Shown piece by piece: positions 17,166-26,395 of a stretch of DNA of 51,442 nt. A program made the translations under genes and the position numbers. How positions within the stretch are numbered: position 1 is the first letter of the stretch; each line of letters starts with the position of its first letter. Below the pieces are notes generated by a model, which ran no database searches, had not been told where the DNA came from, and saw only the letters and a list, made by a program, of their open reading frames with translations. The stretch is from an uncultured Gammaproteobacteria bacterium (GTDB taxonomy: Bacteria; Patescibacteriota; Microgenomatia; Levybacterales; UBA12049): the NCBI GenBank assembly GCA_964525395.1, contig CAZGGU010000001.1:20456-71897 (forward strand), written 5' to 3'.

Positions 17166-17792
17166 TTAAAATAAGCTTTCTGCTTCTTCTTCAAACACCA
17201 TTTTTTTATAAACTTTTCGAGTCAGCTCTACGTCTTTCATGCAATATTTGCAAATTTCTTCTATTCTTCCTTCTTGAAAATAATCCCAAACCATCGATCC
17301 ATCCATTTCATCTTTTGAAGTAGGAAGCCCCAAAACCTTAGCAAGTGTATCTAGTTTTTGATTTTTTTCAAAGCTCCATAGGCTCCATTCCTTCATGGTG
17401 TCATAGATAGGCACATTTCTATAACGCGCGAAGTTTAAAATTCTCGGCTTTATTCCGTTGATTATAGATCTCTGAAAAATAAATGGGAGATCAAACTCCC
17501 AAATATTATGTCCTATAAATCGATCCACGTCTTTTGCAGTAATCCAAAACTTTTCTAGTATTTCTTTTTCCGTTCCTGAATAAACTTCTTTCAGAGTTTC
17601 TTTCCCATTCACTTCCTTAATAATACCAATACAACAAATTCTACCAAAGGTCCCCTCGAAAGAAGTCATACGATGAATCTCATCATCGCTCTTGTTCGTA
17701 CTCATACTTTTCTTTTTAAGGATTTCTAAATGAGCTTCTTTATGCTCATCAGCAGAAGGGATCGTCTCGATATCAAAAAACAAATTTATCAT
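17166..17792 (-). CDS. RNase-H-fold 3'-5' exonuclease related to the PolB exonuclease domain
   Basis: FFDIETIP (ExoI), IGHNIWEFDLPF (ExoII) and YCMKDVELT (ExoIII, DEDDy). Confidence 0.75.
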   Translation of the reverse strand: MINLFFDIETIPSADEHKEAHLEILKKKSMSTNKSDDEIHRMTSFEGTFGRICCIGIIKEVNGKETLKEVYSGTEKEILEKFWITAKDVDRFIGHNIWEFDLPFIFQRSIINGIKPRILNFARYRNVPIYDTMKEWSLWSFEKNQKLDTLAKVLGLPTSKDEMDGSMVWDYFQEGRIEEICKYCMKDVELTRKVYKKMVFEEEAESLF

Positions 17793-17798
17793 GCACTT

Positions 17799-17828
17799 AT
17801 TATATATTCTCTAAAGCTATATTGCGAA
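17799..17828 (-). promoter_or_regulatory. promoter of the exonuclease gene, leaderless geometry
   Basis: On the minus strand: TTCGCA, 18 nt, TATAAT, then 6 nt to the ATG at 17792. Confidence 0.5.
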
Positions 17829-17849
17829 CGTTTTTAAAGATGCTATAAT
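17822..17849 (+). promoter_or_regulatory. promoter of the 132-aa gene, leaderless geometry
   Basis: TTGCGA, 16 nt, TATAAT, then 6 nt to the ATG at 17856. Its -35 overlaps the -35 of the divergent promoter. Confidence 0.55.
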
Positions 17850-17855
17850 TTCCGC

Positions 17856-18254
17856 ATGATTGAGGGAGGCTCTATAGAAGCAAAGCCAAAATATGTGCCT
17901 CACATAAAAAGAGTGAGAGATTTCGCAGTAGAGACCGCAGAGCTTAGATATCTAATTCCCATCACTGCCGAAGGGTTGAGAAAATTTTCTGTAAGTAGAT
18001 TTAGAATCTCTAGACTTGAAGAAATTATTGGAACAAGCACTAGAGTTTCGTTGGAAATTAGTGAAGATCCCAAAGCAAGAAGACTACGCTTGAAACCAGA
18101 AGAAATTCCTTTATATCTTAAGGCAACGAAAATTACTGCCTTTAATATTTGGGACGATTATATTAGAGGAAACCCTGAAGCAGAATGCGCTGCCAATGAA
18201 GTAATTATTTTTATTAATAATCTTCAAAGCACCAGAAAACATAAAAAAGTTTGA
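17856..18254 (+). CDS. hypothetical protein (132 aa, basic)
   Basis: ORF with a consensus leaderless promoter. No family recognised. Confidence 0.5.
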   Translation: MIEGGSIEAKPKYVPHIKRVRDFAVETAELRYLIPITAEGLRKFSVSRFRISRLEEIIGTSTRVSLEISEDPKARRLRLKPEEIPLYLKATKITAFNIWDDYIRGNPEAECAANEVIIFINNLQSTRKHKKV

Positions 18255-18556
18255 CGAAATAACATATTCATAATAACCTTACGCGATTAAAATCCAGGAA
18301 CCACCAAGAAGAGTTCACTGTCCATAAACCATAACCACAAATCCAGGATTTCAAAGAAAATCGAATGAAGATGAGTTTGGCAGGAGTCCTGCAGATGCTT
18401 GAGAATTTCAAGACAGCTTAGATTTATCACGCATTAACACTCCGCGAACCTCTAAGCTCCGTAAAGGTCAAAAAAATCAATTTAAACTACTTTTTCTTAC
18501 ATTTCTTTTACATGACCATGTATAGATTTTTTATATTGCAGGCTTAATATAAGCTT

Positions 18557-18814
18557 ATGAATAAAGTTCTTTTATTAACAGTAGCAATTTTATTAATATT
18601 AATGACTATGACTTCGCCTGCACAAATAAGACACATGATTGATACAGGAGCCCCGCTAGCTATCGTCATTTGGCTCTCACCAATATTTCTAATAACAGGC
18701 ATCTACTATTTAATAAAACACCCGGTCTCAAATGACTTAAACAACACTGGAGAATTAGTTGGAATGAAGGGCGGAAAAGCAGAATCAGCTCACCCAGATA
18801 AAAAAGGGAATTAA
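18557..18814 (+). CDS. small two-TM membrane protein
   Basis: Two hydrophobic helices. TAATAT lies 6 nt upstream of the ATG. Confidence 0.45.
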   Translation: MNKVLLLTVAILLILMTMTSPAQIRHMIDTGAPLAIVIWLSPIFLITGIYYLIKHPVSNDLNNTGELVGMKGGKAESAHPDKKGN

Positions 18815-18934
18815 AAATAATAGACAACATAATAGTTAATGGATTTAAATACAAAATATTCGAAATAAAACAATCAAATAAATAAGATGAATAGGTGATA
18901 ATTCAGGAATAAATTCATAAGGGATAAATAAAAG

Positions 18935-18965
18935 CTACGCAAACTGGAGCCTTGCGTAGTTTTTA
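18935..18965. terminator. bidirectional rho-independent terminator
   Basis: CTACGCAA (18935-18942) pairs with TTGCGTAG (18952-18959). The stem is flanked by an A-run and a T-run and sits between convergent genes, touching the stop of the minus-strand gene. Confidence 0.7.
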
Positions 18966-19223
18966 TTTATGCACTTCTTTTTCAATTTTATTTCCTTCAT
19001 CTACAAATTCTAATCCTGCAAAAATATCAGTAAACGCTTTAAGAGCCATAGCAAATCCGAAAATAATTACACCATGAGCTGCTCTCACATGCACATCATG
19101 AATATCTTGGGGAATAGTTTCCCAAACTTCAAGGATACCTGAAAGAAATAGAATCAAACCTACAGATAAGTCCACAAACGGATTACTAACAAGCTTTCTT
19201 AAAACTTTTTTAGTTTTCTCCAT
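18963..19223 (-). CDS. small two-TM membrane protein
   Basis: 86-aa ORF with two hydrophobic helices and its own promoter. Confidence 0.5.
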   Translation of the reverse strand: MEKTKKVLRKLVSNPFVDLSVGLILFLSGILEVWETIPQDIHDVHVRAAHGVIIFGFAMALKAFTDIFAGLEFVDEGNKIEKEVHK

Positions 19224-19229
19224 AAATAT

Positions 19230-19259
19230 ATTCTAATCAACTATTAATTAGATAATCAA
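19230..19259 (-). promoter_or_regulatory. promoter, leaderless geometry
   Basis: On the minus strand: TTGATT, 18 nt, TAGAAT, then 6 nt to the ATG at 19223. Confidence 0.45.
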
Positions 19260-19295
19260 ATACGTACTTGTCTACGCACTTTAAAATAATTTTTC

Positions 19296-19325
19296 TTGAC
19301 TTTTAATTCAACTTGTCCATAAAAT
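19296..19325 (+). promoter_or_regulatory. promoter, leaderless geometry
   Basis: TTGACT, 18 nt, TAAAAT, then 5 nt to the ATG at 19331. Confidence 0.5.
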
Positions 19326-19330
19326 GAATT

Positions 19331-19891
19331 ATGGCCAAAGTTCACGAAAATAAACAGGCATTCGCAGCAATAATAATCGCTTTAATTCTTCTCATTGGGG
19401 CTATCTTCGTTTTCTCTAAGTCACAGAAAAATTCAGACAGTATGATGGATTCTCAAAAACAAAGCACAGAATCTAAATCAAAAGATTTAAAATCAATTCT
19501 AACGAGTGGAAAAAATCTCCAATGCAATTTCGAATATTTCAAAAATGAAGATGAACAAACTGCAGGAGTAGTCTATGTAAGCGGAGACAATGTCAGATTC
19601 GACGCTTCCAGCTATTATGGACTTGAAGACAGCGATATCTTCATGATTAGAAAAGGTAATACGAATTATATTTGGGGCTCACAGCTACCAAAAGATACTG
19701 GACTTAAAATGGAAGCGACTATTGATGAGTTATTTGCTAACCCCCAAGCCAAAAGCATACTCGATCCCGAAAAATATGAATATGGCTGCCAAGATTGGAA
19801 AGTAGATCCTACAGCATTCGATCTTCCTGAAAAAGTTATTTTTACAGATCTTATAGGACTAATGCGACTAATGATAACTCCAGCCAAGTAA
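19331..19891 (+). CDS. membrane-anchored secreted hypothetical protein
   Basis: N-terminal TM/signal anchor (FAAIIIALILLIGAIFVF). No family recognised. Confidence 0.55.
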   Translation: MAKVHENKQAFAAIIIALILLIGAIFVFSKSQKNSDSMMDSQKQSTESKSKDLKSILTSGKNLQCNFEYFKNEDEQTAGVVYVSGDNVRFDASSYYGLEDSDIFMIRKGNTNYIWGSQLPKDTGLKMEATIDELFANPQAKSILDPEKYEYGCQDWKVDPTAFDLPEKVIFTDLIGLMRLMITPAK

Positions 19892-19930
19892 TTTGACTTA
19901 CCACCTTAAAGCCCCTACACTTATTAGATC

Positions 19931-20407
19931 GTGAGGAAAAATTTTCCAATTTTACTCGCAGCATTTATTCTGGGAATTATTATATTATTCCTAGCTGCTC
20001 AAAAATTTACTAATTATGGGATTAAAAACCCTTTTGTAACTCCTACCCCTTATCCCACTGTCACTACAAGAGATCCTTCTCATACAGAAAACATTCCGCC
20101 TTCATCTTCTAATAATATCGAAGTTCTTAGCCCAAGAACTGGAGACAGCATAAAATCGGGCTTCCGGGTGGAAGGAAATGCCAGGACATTTGAAAGCAAT
20201 GTGAGAATTAGGCTGACCGATGATCAAGGAATCTTTTTGATCGATACTAATACTACAGCGAATGCGCCAGACGTAGGACAATTCGGGCCTTTTGAAAAAA
20301 CTTTAGTATTTGAGACTGATGCTAAGACAGGAACTCTGGAAGTTTTTCAAAATAGCGCAAAAGATGGAGCAGAAATAGATAAAGTAACTATCCCTGTGGT
20401 GTTCTAA
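19931..20407 (+). CDS. membrane-anchored Gmad2-type immunoglobulin-like domain protein
   Basis: N-terminal TM. IEVLSP..GD.I...FRVEGNARTFESNVRIRL.D..G...TTANAPDVGQFGPFE...F matches the Gmad2 pattern. Confidence 0.6.
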   Translation: MRKNFPILLAAFILGIIILFLAAQKFTNYGIKNPFVTPTPYPTVTTRDPSHTENIPPSSSNNIEVLSPRTGDSIKSGFRVEGNARTFESNVRIRLTDDQGIFLIDTNTTANAPDVGQFGPFEKTLVFETDAKTGTLEVFQNSAKDGAEIDKVTIPVVF

Positions 20408-21014
20408 CATCTAAAGCAGGTAAGGCTCTTAACACATTCTCTACAGCGGCTCCAACTATTACAGAAATTCTTTCATCATCCATTGAAGGAATGTAAAAAT
20501 TACCTTTAAGCTTATTATAAATAAATCTATGTCTAACATCATCCACATCTCCTAGATGAAGACCTCGGACATTATCTTCTCGATATTTTCTATCATAGGC
20601 AAGAATATACAAGCCAAAAATATCTTCTTTCCAAAGAAGGAGTTTCTCTGCTTCTTTAATTGCTTCATCTGGCTCCGACTCAGCTAAATTCTTGGCAAGT
20701 TCAAAAAAATTTTCAATATCTCCACGCAAAGCATAGTCTACATATCTCACCCCCGGGTTTACATATGATGCTGCTTCAATTTGATGAATTTTTCCAACTA
20801 GCGCAGGTCCTGAAGTCGTTATAGCATAAAATGCATCAGGATTATCAAATTTTCCATCTGGATCAATTGCTCCTTTTTGAATGGTAATAGGAAAACCTTT
20901 TTTTTGCAGTACAAGAGGAAGATAAAAATCTAAATATTTCACATCAGGTGTGTTTCTCAATAAATAAGTATTTTCCGGAGATCCCTCGGCTCTCCTAGCC
21001 AATTCTGTAGCCAT
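20388..21014 (-). CDS. hypothetical cytoplasmic protein (208 aa), last gene of the Lon-like/RNase J operon
   Basis: ORF 16 nt downstream of rnj. No family recognised. Confidence 0.5.
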   Translation of the reverse strand: MATELARRAEGSPENTYLLRNTPDVKYLDFYLPLVLQKKGFPITIQKGAIDPDGKFDNPDAFYAITTSGPALVGKIHQIEAASYVNPGVRYVDYALRGDIENFFELAKNLAESEPDEAIKEAEKLLLWKEDIFGLYILAYDRKYREDNVRGLHLGDVDDVRHRFIYNKLKGNFYIPSMDDERISVIVGAAVENVLRALPALDVRTPQG

Positions 21015-21030
21015 AACGAGGTAAATTATA

Positions 21031-22686
21031 TCAAACTTCGATCACTACGGGGAGAACAAGTGGGCGGCGCTTTAACTTAGACACTAAATAACGCTCTGCA
21101 ATATTTCCAATGTTTCGTCTAACATAATTCCAGTCTCCAACTTTTTGTTTCTTTGATTTCAAATTAATCTTCAATTCTTGAGTTATTCCATTTGTAATTT
21201 CAGGTACTTCTGCAGCTGAGAAACCACGTACTACTATATTTGGACGATCGATTAATGAGCCATATGTATCAATTTCAGCCATAATAATTACAACTCCCTC
21301 TTTCGAAATCTTTTCTCGATCCCTAAGAACAAATGTGTCAACTTCTTCGCCGGAAACTTGATCTACATACACATTCTGAAGTGCTATTTTCTTTCCAAGC
21401 TTAGCATCTGTCTTACTAAAGATTACTTCTTGCCCATCATCTGGAAGTAAAACATCTCGATCCATAAATCCATTTTTCTTCGCTAATCTTTTATAAGCAG
21501 ACATATGTTTGTATGTTCCTCCAATAGGCAAAACTTTTCTTGGACGAACCAAATTCATCATTAATGACAAATCTCCCTGTGGTCCGTGTCCCGAAACGTG
21601 AAATCCCTTTTCAATTGCAGAATATAAAACTCTAGCTCCGCTTCTGGCTAAGTCGTCGATCAAAGAATTAACTGCTACCTCATTTCCAGGAATAGTATCT
21701 GATGAAAATGCCACCGTGTCTTTTGGATTAATCGTAATATCTCTGTGATCTCCACGTGCAATTCTAGCTAGCGCTGAATTCTCCTGACCCTGGCTTCCTG
21801 CTACAATTAGGACGATCTGCTTATCGTTAAAGTTTTTAATATCTTTCAAATCGATTTCCATATTTCGCTCTATTTTCATATATCCAAGCTGCGTTGCTAC
21901 ATCTTTAGCTTTTATAAGAGAACGGCCTACAAAACAAACTTTTCTATTCAGCGCACGAGTAGCATCCAATACTTGATTAAGACGAGAAATGTTTGAAGAA
22001 TAAGTAGTCATAATAAATTTTCCTTCGGTTTCCTTCATCGCGTCATAAATCTTTCCCCCAATCGGAAGTTCTGTTGGAGTAAACCCTTCCCTCTCAGATC
22101 CCAAACAATCTGACATAAGACACATTATTCCCTCATCTGCTTTACGCACTATTTTTGCAAAATCTGTTCTTTTTCCGTCATATGGCGTTAGATCAAATTT
22201 AAAATCTGAGCCATGATAAATGTTTCCGGCAGGTGTTTTGATGAAAATGTTTGAAGTATCTGGCACAGAGTGGGTTACTCTGATAAAGGAGAGCAAGAAT
22301 GGACCAAGCACTACATCCCGATCAAAATTTACAGACATAGCTTTTTTCTGCACACCGAATTCTTTAAGTTTTTCGTTAATAAATGCAGTGGTGAGAGGTG
22401 TTGCGAAAATATCAAATTTTCCTGGAAGTTGTGGAAGAATATATGGAAGAGCGCCTAAATGATCCTCATGTCCGTGAGTAATAGCGATCCCTACAATCTT
22501 TTTCTGTGGATTTTTCAAAAGATATGAAATGTCAGGAAGCATAAGATCGACTCCAAGCATCGTTTCATCAGCAAAACCCAAACCACAATCCACGATTAAA
22601 ACCTGATTATTATATTCATATAAATGCATGTTCTTCGTTACCCCGGTAACGCCTCCCAGTGCCATGTATTTTAAAGTATTATCCAT
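21031..22686 (-). CDS. rnj: ribonuclease J
   Basis: Metallo-beta-lactamase HGHEDH motif, a beta-CASP region (GSQGQE, HVSGH) and a C-terminal domain. The length of 551 aa is typical. Confidence 0.92.
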   Translation of the reverse strand: MDNTLKYMALGGVTGVTKNMHLYEYNNQVLIVDCGLGFADETMLGVDLMLPDISYLLKNPQKKIVGIAITHGHEDHLGALPYILPQLPGKFDIFATPLTTAFINEKLKEFGVQKKAMSVNFDRDVVLGPFLLSFIRVTHSVPDTSNIFIKTPAGNIYHGSDFKFDLTPYDGKRTDFAKIVRKADEGIMCLMSDCLGSEREGFTPTELPIGGKIYDAMKETEGKFIMTTYSSNISRLNQVLDATRALNRKVCFVGRSLIKAKDVATQLGYMKIERNMEIDLKDIKNFNDKQIVLIVAGSQGQENSALARIARGDHRDITINPKDTVAFSSDTIPGNEVAVNSLIDDLARSGARVLYSAIEKGFHVSGHGPQGDLSLMMNLVRPRKVLPIGGTYKHMSAYKRLAKKNGFMDRDVLLPDDGQEVIFSKTDAKLGKKIALQNVYVDQVSGEEVDTFVLRDREKISKEGVVIIMAEIDTYGSLIDRPNIVVRGFSAAEVPEITNGITQELKINLKSKKQKVGDWNYVRRNIGNIAERYLVSKLKRRPLVLPVVIEV

Positions 22687-22697
22687 AATTTCTAATC

Positions 22698-23762
22698 CTA
22701 TTGAGGTAGAAACTCCTTTATATTTGTCGGATTCAAGATTATTGTACCATTTTGCGGAACTTTTCCCTCGATGAGAATTCTAGCTGCTTTTCTGCAAATC
22801 CCCTCAATCGTTCTCTCTAGGCTTCTAATACCTGAGTCAAATCCCAGAGGTCTAATAATCAAAGGCCAGACCGAATCATCAATTGATAAAAATCCCTGAG
22901 GAAGTCCTGACGAAGCAGCAATCTTAGGAAAAATGTAATTTTTTCCAATTATTAATTTTTCCTGATCAGTATAAGATGGCATTTGAATAAGTTCAAGTCT
23001 ATCCAATACAGCTGTAGAAATATTCGTGGTATTATTTGCAGTCGCGATGAATAAAACATTAGATAAATTTGCTGGATAATCCACATAATGGTCTGTAAAC
23101 GCACTATTCTGAGAAGGGTCTAAAAGCTCAACCAATGCTCCCATAATGTCTCCTCTCGCTTGTTCTGTTACACGATCTAGTTCATCAAGTAAAATCACTG
23201 CGTTTCGAGCTTTTGCATCAATAAGTTTTTTAATAATCTGCCCTGGCTCTGCATCAGGATAAACTCTAGACTGTCCTCTGATTGCTCGAACATCTCCCAG
23301 ACCTCCGAATGGAATACGCTCGAAAGGGCGATTTAAACTTTCAGCTATTGAATAAGCCAATGTAGTTTTTCCAGTTCCGACCAGACCTACGAGACAAAGG
23401 ATAGGCGCACGAGTTATATCTGTATTTCCATTTCGTAAATTCAAAATTAAAGATGCAAGATATTCCAAAATTCTATCCTTAACAGGATCTAGTCCATAAT
23501 GATTTTTATTTAAAATTTCTTTAGCATGAACTAAATCCAAAGTGTCTTTAGTTTCTGTACTAAAAGGGATCTTAGTTACTACGTTTATATAATTGGCTAC
23601 ACTTTCGAAATTGGAATAACTTCCGCCTTCTTTTAATGAAATTTTCAAGACTGAAATCATTCCTTGAACCTTTTCGAGTAAATCTGAGGGGAGTTGAGCA
23701 GCTTGAAGGCTTTGTTCTAATTTTAAAATCTGGGCATCAAAACCCTGAGCAGAGTTATCCAT
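22698..23762 (-). CDS. Lon-like AAA+ ATPase module lacking both the N-terminal LAN domain and the S16 protease domain
   Basis: EILNKNHYGLDPVKDRILEYLA, PILCLVGLVGTGKTTLA (Walker A), AVILLDELDRV (Walker B) and GIRSLERTIEGICRKAA align with the Lon A-domain. The ORF ends about 30 aa after the lid helix. Confidence 0.8.
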   Translation of the reverse strand: MDNSAQGFDAQILKLEQSLQAAQLPSDLLEKVQGMISVLKISLKEGGSYSNFESVANYINVVTKIPFSTETKDTLDLVHAKEILNKNHYGLDPVKDRILEYLASLILNLRNGNTDITRAPILCLVGLVGTGKTTLAYSIAESLNRPFERIPFGGLGDVRAIRGQSRVYPDAEPGQIIKKLIDAKARNAVILLDELDRVTEQARGDIMGALVELLDPSQNSAFTDHYVDYPANLSNVLFIATANNTTNISTAVLDRLELIQMPSYTDQEKLIIGKNYIFPKIAASSGLPQGFLSIDDSVWPLIIRPLGFDSGIRSLERTIEGICRKAARILIEGKVPQNGTIILNPTNIKEFLPQ

Positions 23763-23768
23763 ATATAA

Positions 23769-23797
23769 AGTATACCATTTGAATTATGAAGAGTGAA
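23769..23797 (-). promoter_or_regulatory. promoter of the Lon-like/rnj operon, leaderless geometry
   Basis: On the minus strand: TTCACT, 17 nt, TATACT, then 6 nt to the ATG at 23762. Confidence 0.45.
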
Positions 23798-23866
23798 TTA
23801 AGAATCAAGAATATTTAGTAGAATCGCCATCATGCCATAAGCTACATGCTATTGGCCAAATGCAAT

Positions 23867-26338
23867 TTAGTAGTGGGTTTTTTTGTAAGGTCTTCTTGCG
23901 CCGCCGCGAGTTGGGTTGTTTCTTCTATAAGAATCTTCTCTTTCACGTCTAAATTGCATAGCTAGTGGGTGCGCTGCTTCTGGTCCCGCATTTGGATCAT
24001 CATGCCTAGGCCCCTTCATTGGAGCTGGAGTTGGCCCCATATGTATAGGGGCTGCTGGTGCATTAAAATCTGATCTTGGAGCAAAATCTCTTCTTGGTGC
24101 GAAGTCACGTCTAGGCCCTCTGTCATTTCTTGGACCTCCACGGAATCCACCACGATCATTTCCGCCACGGAAACCACCACGATCTCCACCCTCACGTCTT
24201 GGACCTCTTGGTCCGCGTTCTTCTGCTGGTGGAATTTCTCCATTTTCACCGAATTTCATAGAAAGGTTAATTCTACCTTGATCATCGATTTCCATTACTC
24301 TAACTTTTACTTTGTCTCCAACTTTTACTACATCTGCTGGATCTTTTACGAAATCATTAGACATCTGAGAAACATGAACCATTCCTTCTTTTCCAGGCAA
24401 GAATTCTACAAAGGCTCCGAAATTAAGAAGTCTTTTTACCTCTGCTTCTTCAAAAATTTCTCCCGGAGTTACTTCTCTCATCATATTAGTAATCCAATCA
24501 GTTCCTTTTTGAACAGCTTCTGCATCTACTCCTGAAATAGTAACTGTTCCATCATCTTCTACGTCAACCTGAGCACCTGTGGTAGCAATAATATTTTTAA
24601 TATTCTTTCCGCTTGGTCCTATAAGTTCTCCAATTTTCTCAACTGGAATTGTAACTGTTTCAATTTTAGGTGCATATTCTGAAAGCTTATCATTTGGCTT
24701 TGGCATAAGTTTATTAATCTTTTCGATAATAAATATTCTTCCAGCCTTTGCTCTCTCAAGTGTTGCTTTTACTTGATCATCTGTAAGTCCTGGAATTTTA
24801 ACATCTAACTGAATAGCTGTAATGCCAGTATCTGTTCCAGCTACTTTAAAATCCATATCTCCTGAGAAATCTTCTAAACCAATAATGTCTGTTAATAATT
24901 CATATTTTTTATCGTCTGACATCATTCCTACAGAAACTCCAGCAACAGGCTTTTTGATTGGTACACCGGCATCCATAAGAGCAAGAGTTGAACCGCAAGT
25001 GGAAGCCATAGATGAAGATCCGTTTTGTGAAAGAACTTCTGAAACAACGCGAATGGTGTATGGGAATTCTTTTTGTGTTGGAATAACAGCCTCAAGTGCT
25101 CTTTCTGCCAATGCTCCGTGACCAATTTCACGTCTTCCGGGTGAACCTACGCGACCAGTTTGACCAAATGAAAATGGAAGTCCTGAGTAATGATGGATGT
25201 ATCTTTTATCTACTTCGCCTTCAGCTGATTCAATAAGCTGCCCCATTCTAGGAGAACCTAGAGTTACTATTGATAAGGCTTGAGTAATTCCTCTTTGGAA
25301 AAACGCTGACCCATGAGTTCTTGGAAGAACATCAACTTTCATTTCGATATCGCGAATTTGATCCATTTTTCGTCCGTCAGGTCTTTTTCCTTTTTCCATA
25401 ATTCCGCCGCGAATAGCTTTATACATTACTTTTTCAATTCCTGCTGCAATAACTTTTTTATCAATTGGAGATTCAGCGTCTTTCATGTGAATCTCTTCAT
25501 CAATCTTTTCGATTAACGCATTAACATCGTCATTTCCTGAGTCTTTTGCCACTCTAGCATCAAGCAGTGCCTGAACATCTGCTTTATATGTCTTATCAAT
25601 AAGAGTTACTACTTCGTTTAAGTCTTCATCTGCAGGTACTTCAAGTTTTGTTTGTCCAACTTTTTTAACTAAATCTTCAATTCCTTTAATAATTCCTTGT
25701 GTTTCTTCGTGTGCTCTTACGATCGCTGCATGCACAATGTCTTCTGAAACCTGATTAGCTCCAGCCTCAATCATTACTGATTTTTCAGCTGTCTGAGAAA
25801 CTACTAAATCAAGATTGGAATTTTCCATTTCAGGAAGTGTTGGGTTAACGATTAACTCACCTGTTTCTTTGTTAACACCCATGCGAGTTGCACCTACTGG
25901 TCCGTTCCATGGAATTCTAGAAATAGCTAAAGCTGCAGAAACTGCATTTAATGCGAGAATATCAGCCTGATTTTCACCATCAACTGATAAAACAGTGATG
26001 ATTACCTGAACTTCATTTTTAAATGCTTTAGGAAATAATGGTCTAACCGAACGATCAATTAGGCGTCCAGCAAGAATAGCTTCGTCTGATGGACGACCTT
26101 CTCGCTTTACCCAACGTGAACCTTTAATTTTTCCTCCAGCATATAATCTTTCTCCGTATTCGATAGAAAGTGGGAAATAATCTAGGGATGTTTTTCCGCC
26201 TTCAACTACAGTAACTAGAACTACTGTATCTCCAATGCGCGCGAAAATAGATGAAGTGGCTTGTACAGCTAACTCACCTGTTTCAAAGGTCATTTTTTTG
26301 CCCGCTAATTCGAGTTCTACTGAGGTTACTTTATTCAT
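23867..26338 (-). CDS. pnp: polynucleotide phosphorylase with a ~125-aa Arg/Gly/Pro-rich C-terminal extension
   Basis: Two RNase PH domains, KH (GPSGKNIK) and S1 (GAFVEFLPGKEGMVHVSQ). These are followed by GGDRGGFRGGNDRGGFRGGPRNDRGPRRDFAPRRDFAPR.... Confidence 0.95.
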   Translation of the reverse strand: MNKVTSVELELAGKKMTFETGELAVQATSSIFARIGDTVVLVTVVEGGKTSLDYFPLSIEYGERLYAGGKIKGSRWVKREGRPSDEAILAGRLIDRSVRPLFPKAFKNEVQVIITVLSVDGENQADILALNAVSAALAISRIPWNGPVGATRMGVNKETGELIVNPTLPEMENSNLDLVVSQTAEKSVMIEAGANQVSEDIVHAAIVRAHEETQGIIKGIEDLVKKVGQTKLEVPADEDLNEVVTLIDKTYKADVQALLDARVAKDSGNDDVNALIEKIDEEIHMKDAESPIDKKVIAAGIEKVMYKAIRGGIMEKGKRPDGRKMDQIRDIEMKVDVLPRTHGSAFFQRGITQALSIVTLGSPRMGQLIESAEGEVDKRYIHHYSGLPFSFGQTGRVGSPGRREIGHGALAERALEAVIPTQKEFPYTIRVVSEVLSQNGSSSMASTCGSTLALMDAGVPIKKPVAGVSVGMMSDDKKYELLTDIIGLEDFSGDMDFKVAGTDTGITAIQLDVKIPGLTDDQVKATLERAKAGRIFIIEKINKLMPKPNDKLSEYAPKIETVTIPVEKIGELIGPSGKNIKNIIATTGAQVDVEDDGTVTISGVDAEAVQKGTDWITNMMREVTPGEIFEEAEVKRLLNFGAFVEFLPGKEGMVHVSQMSNDFVKDPADVVKVGDKVKVRVMEIDDQGRINLSMKFGENGEIPPAEERGPRGPRREGGDRGGFRGGNDRGGFRGGPRNDRGPRRDFAPRRDFAPRSDFNAPAAPIHMGPTPAPMKGPRHDDPNAGPEAAHPLAMQFRREREDSYRRNNPTRGGARRPYKKTHY
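24138..24184 (-). repeat. 27-nt-period coding repeat (DRGGFRGG x2) inside the pnp tail
   Basis: ccacggaatccaccacgatc (24138-24157) and ccacggaaaccaccacgatc (24165-24184) differ at 1 position. Confidence 0.8.
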
Positions 26339-26395
26339 TTATTTTTTCTATCTTTCCTACACACTACTAAAATTTAAGGGATAAAGAAGTAAGTC

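Noticed and set aside
24016-25516. Track ORFs overlapping pnp on either strand (24016-24249, 24278-24535, 24579-24776, 24822-25121, 24928-25131, 25313-25516)
   Set aside because: They are shadow or alternate-frame ORFs inside an unambiguous PNPase gene. Similar shadows occur inside infB (27774-28004, 28432-28893), nusA (29427-29661), rnj (22220-22462), dnaK (46716-46898), glmS (44760-45062) and the 1044-aa gene (35944-36135, 36329-36586).
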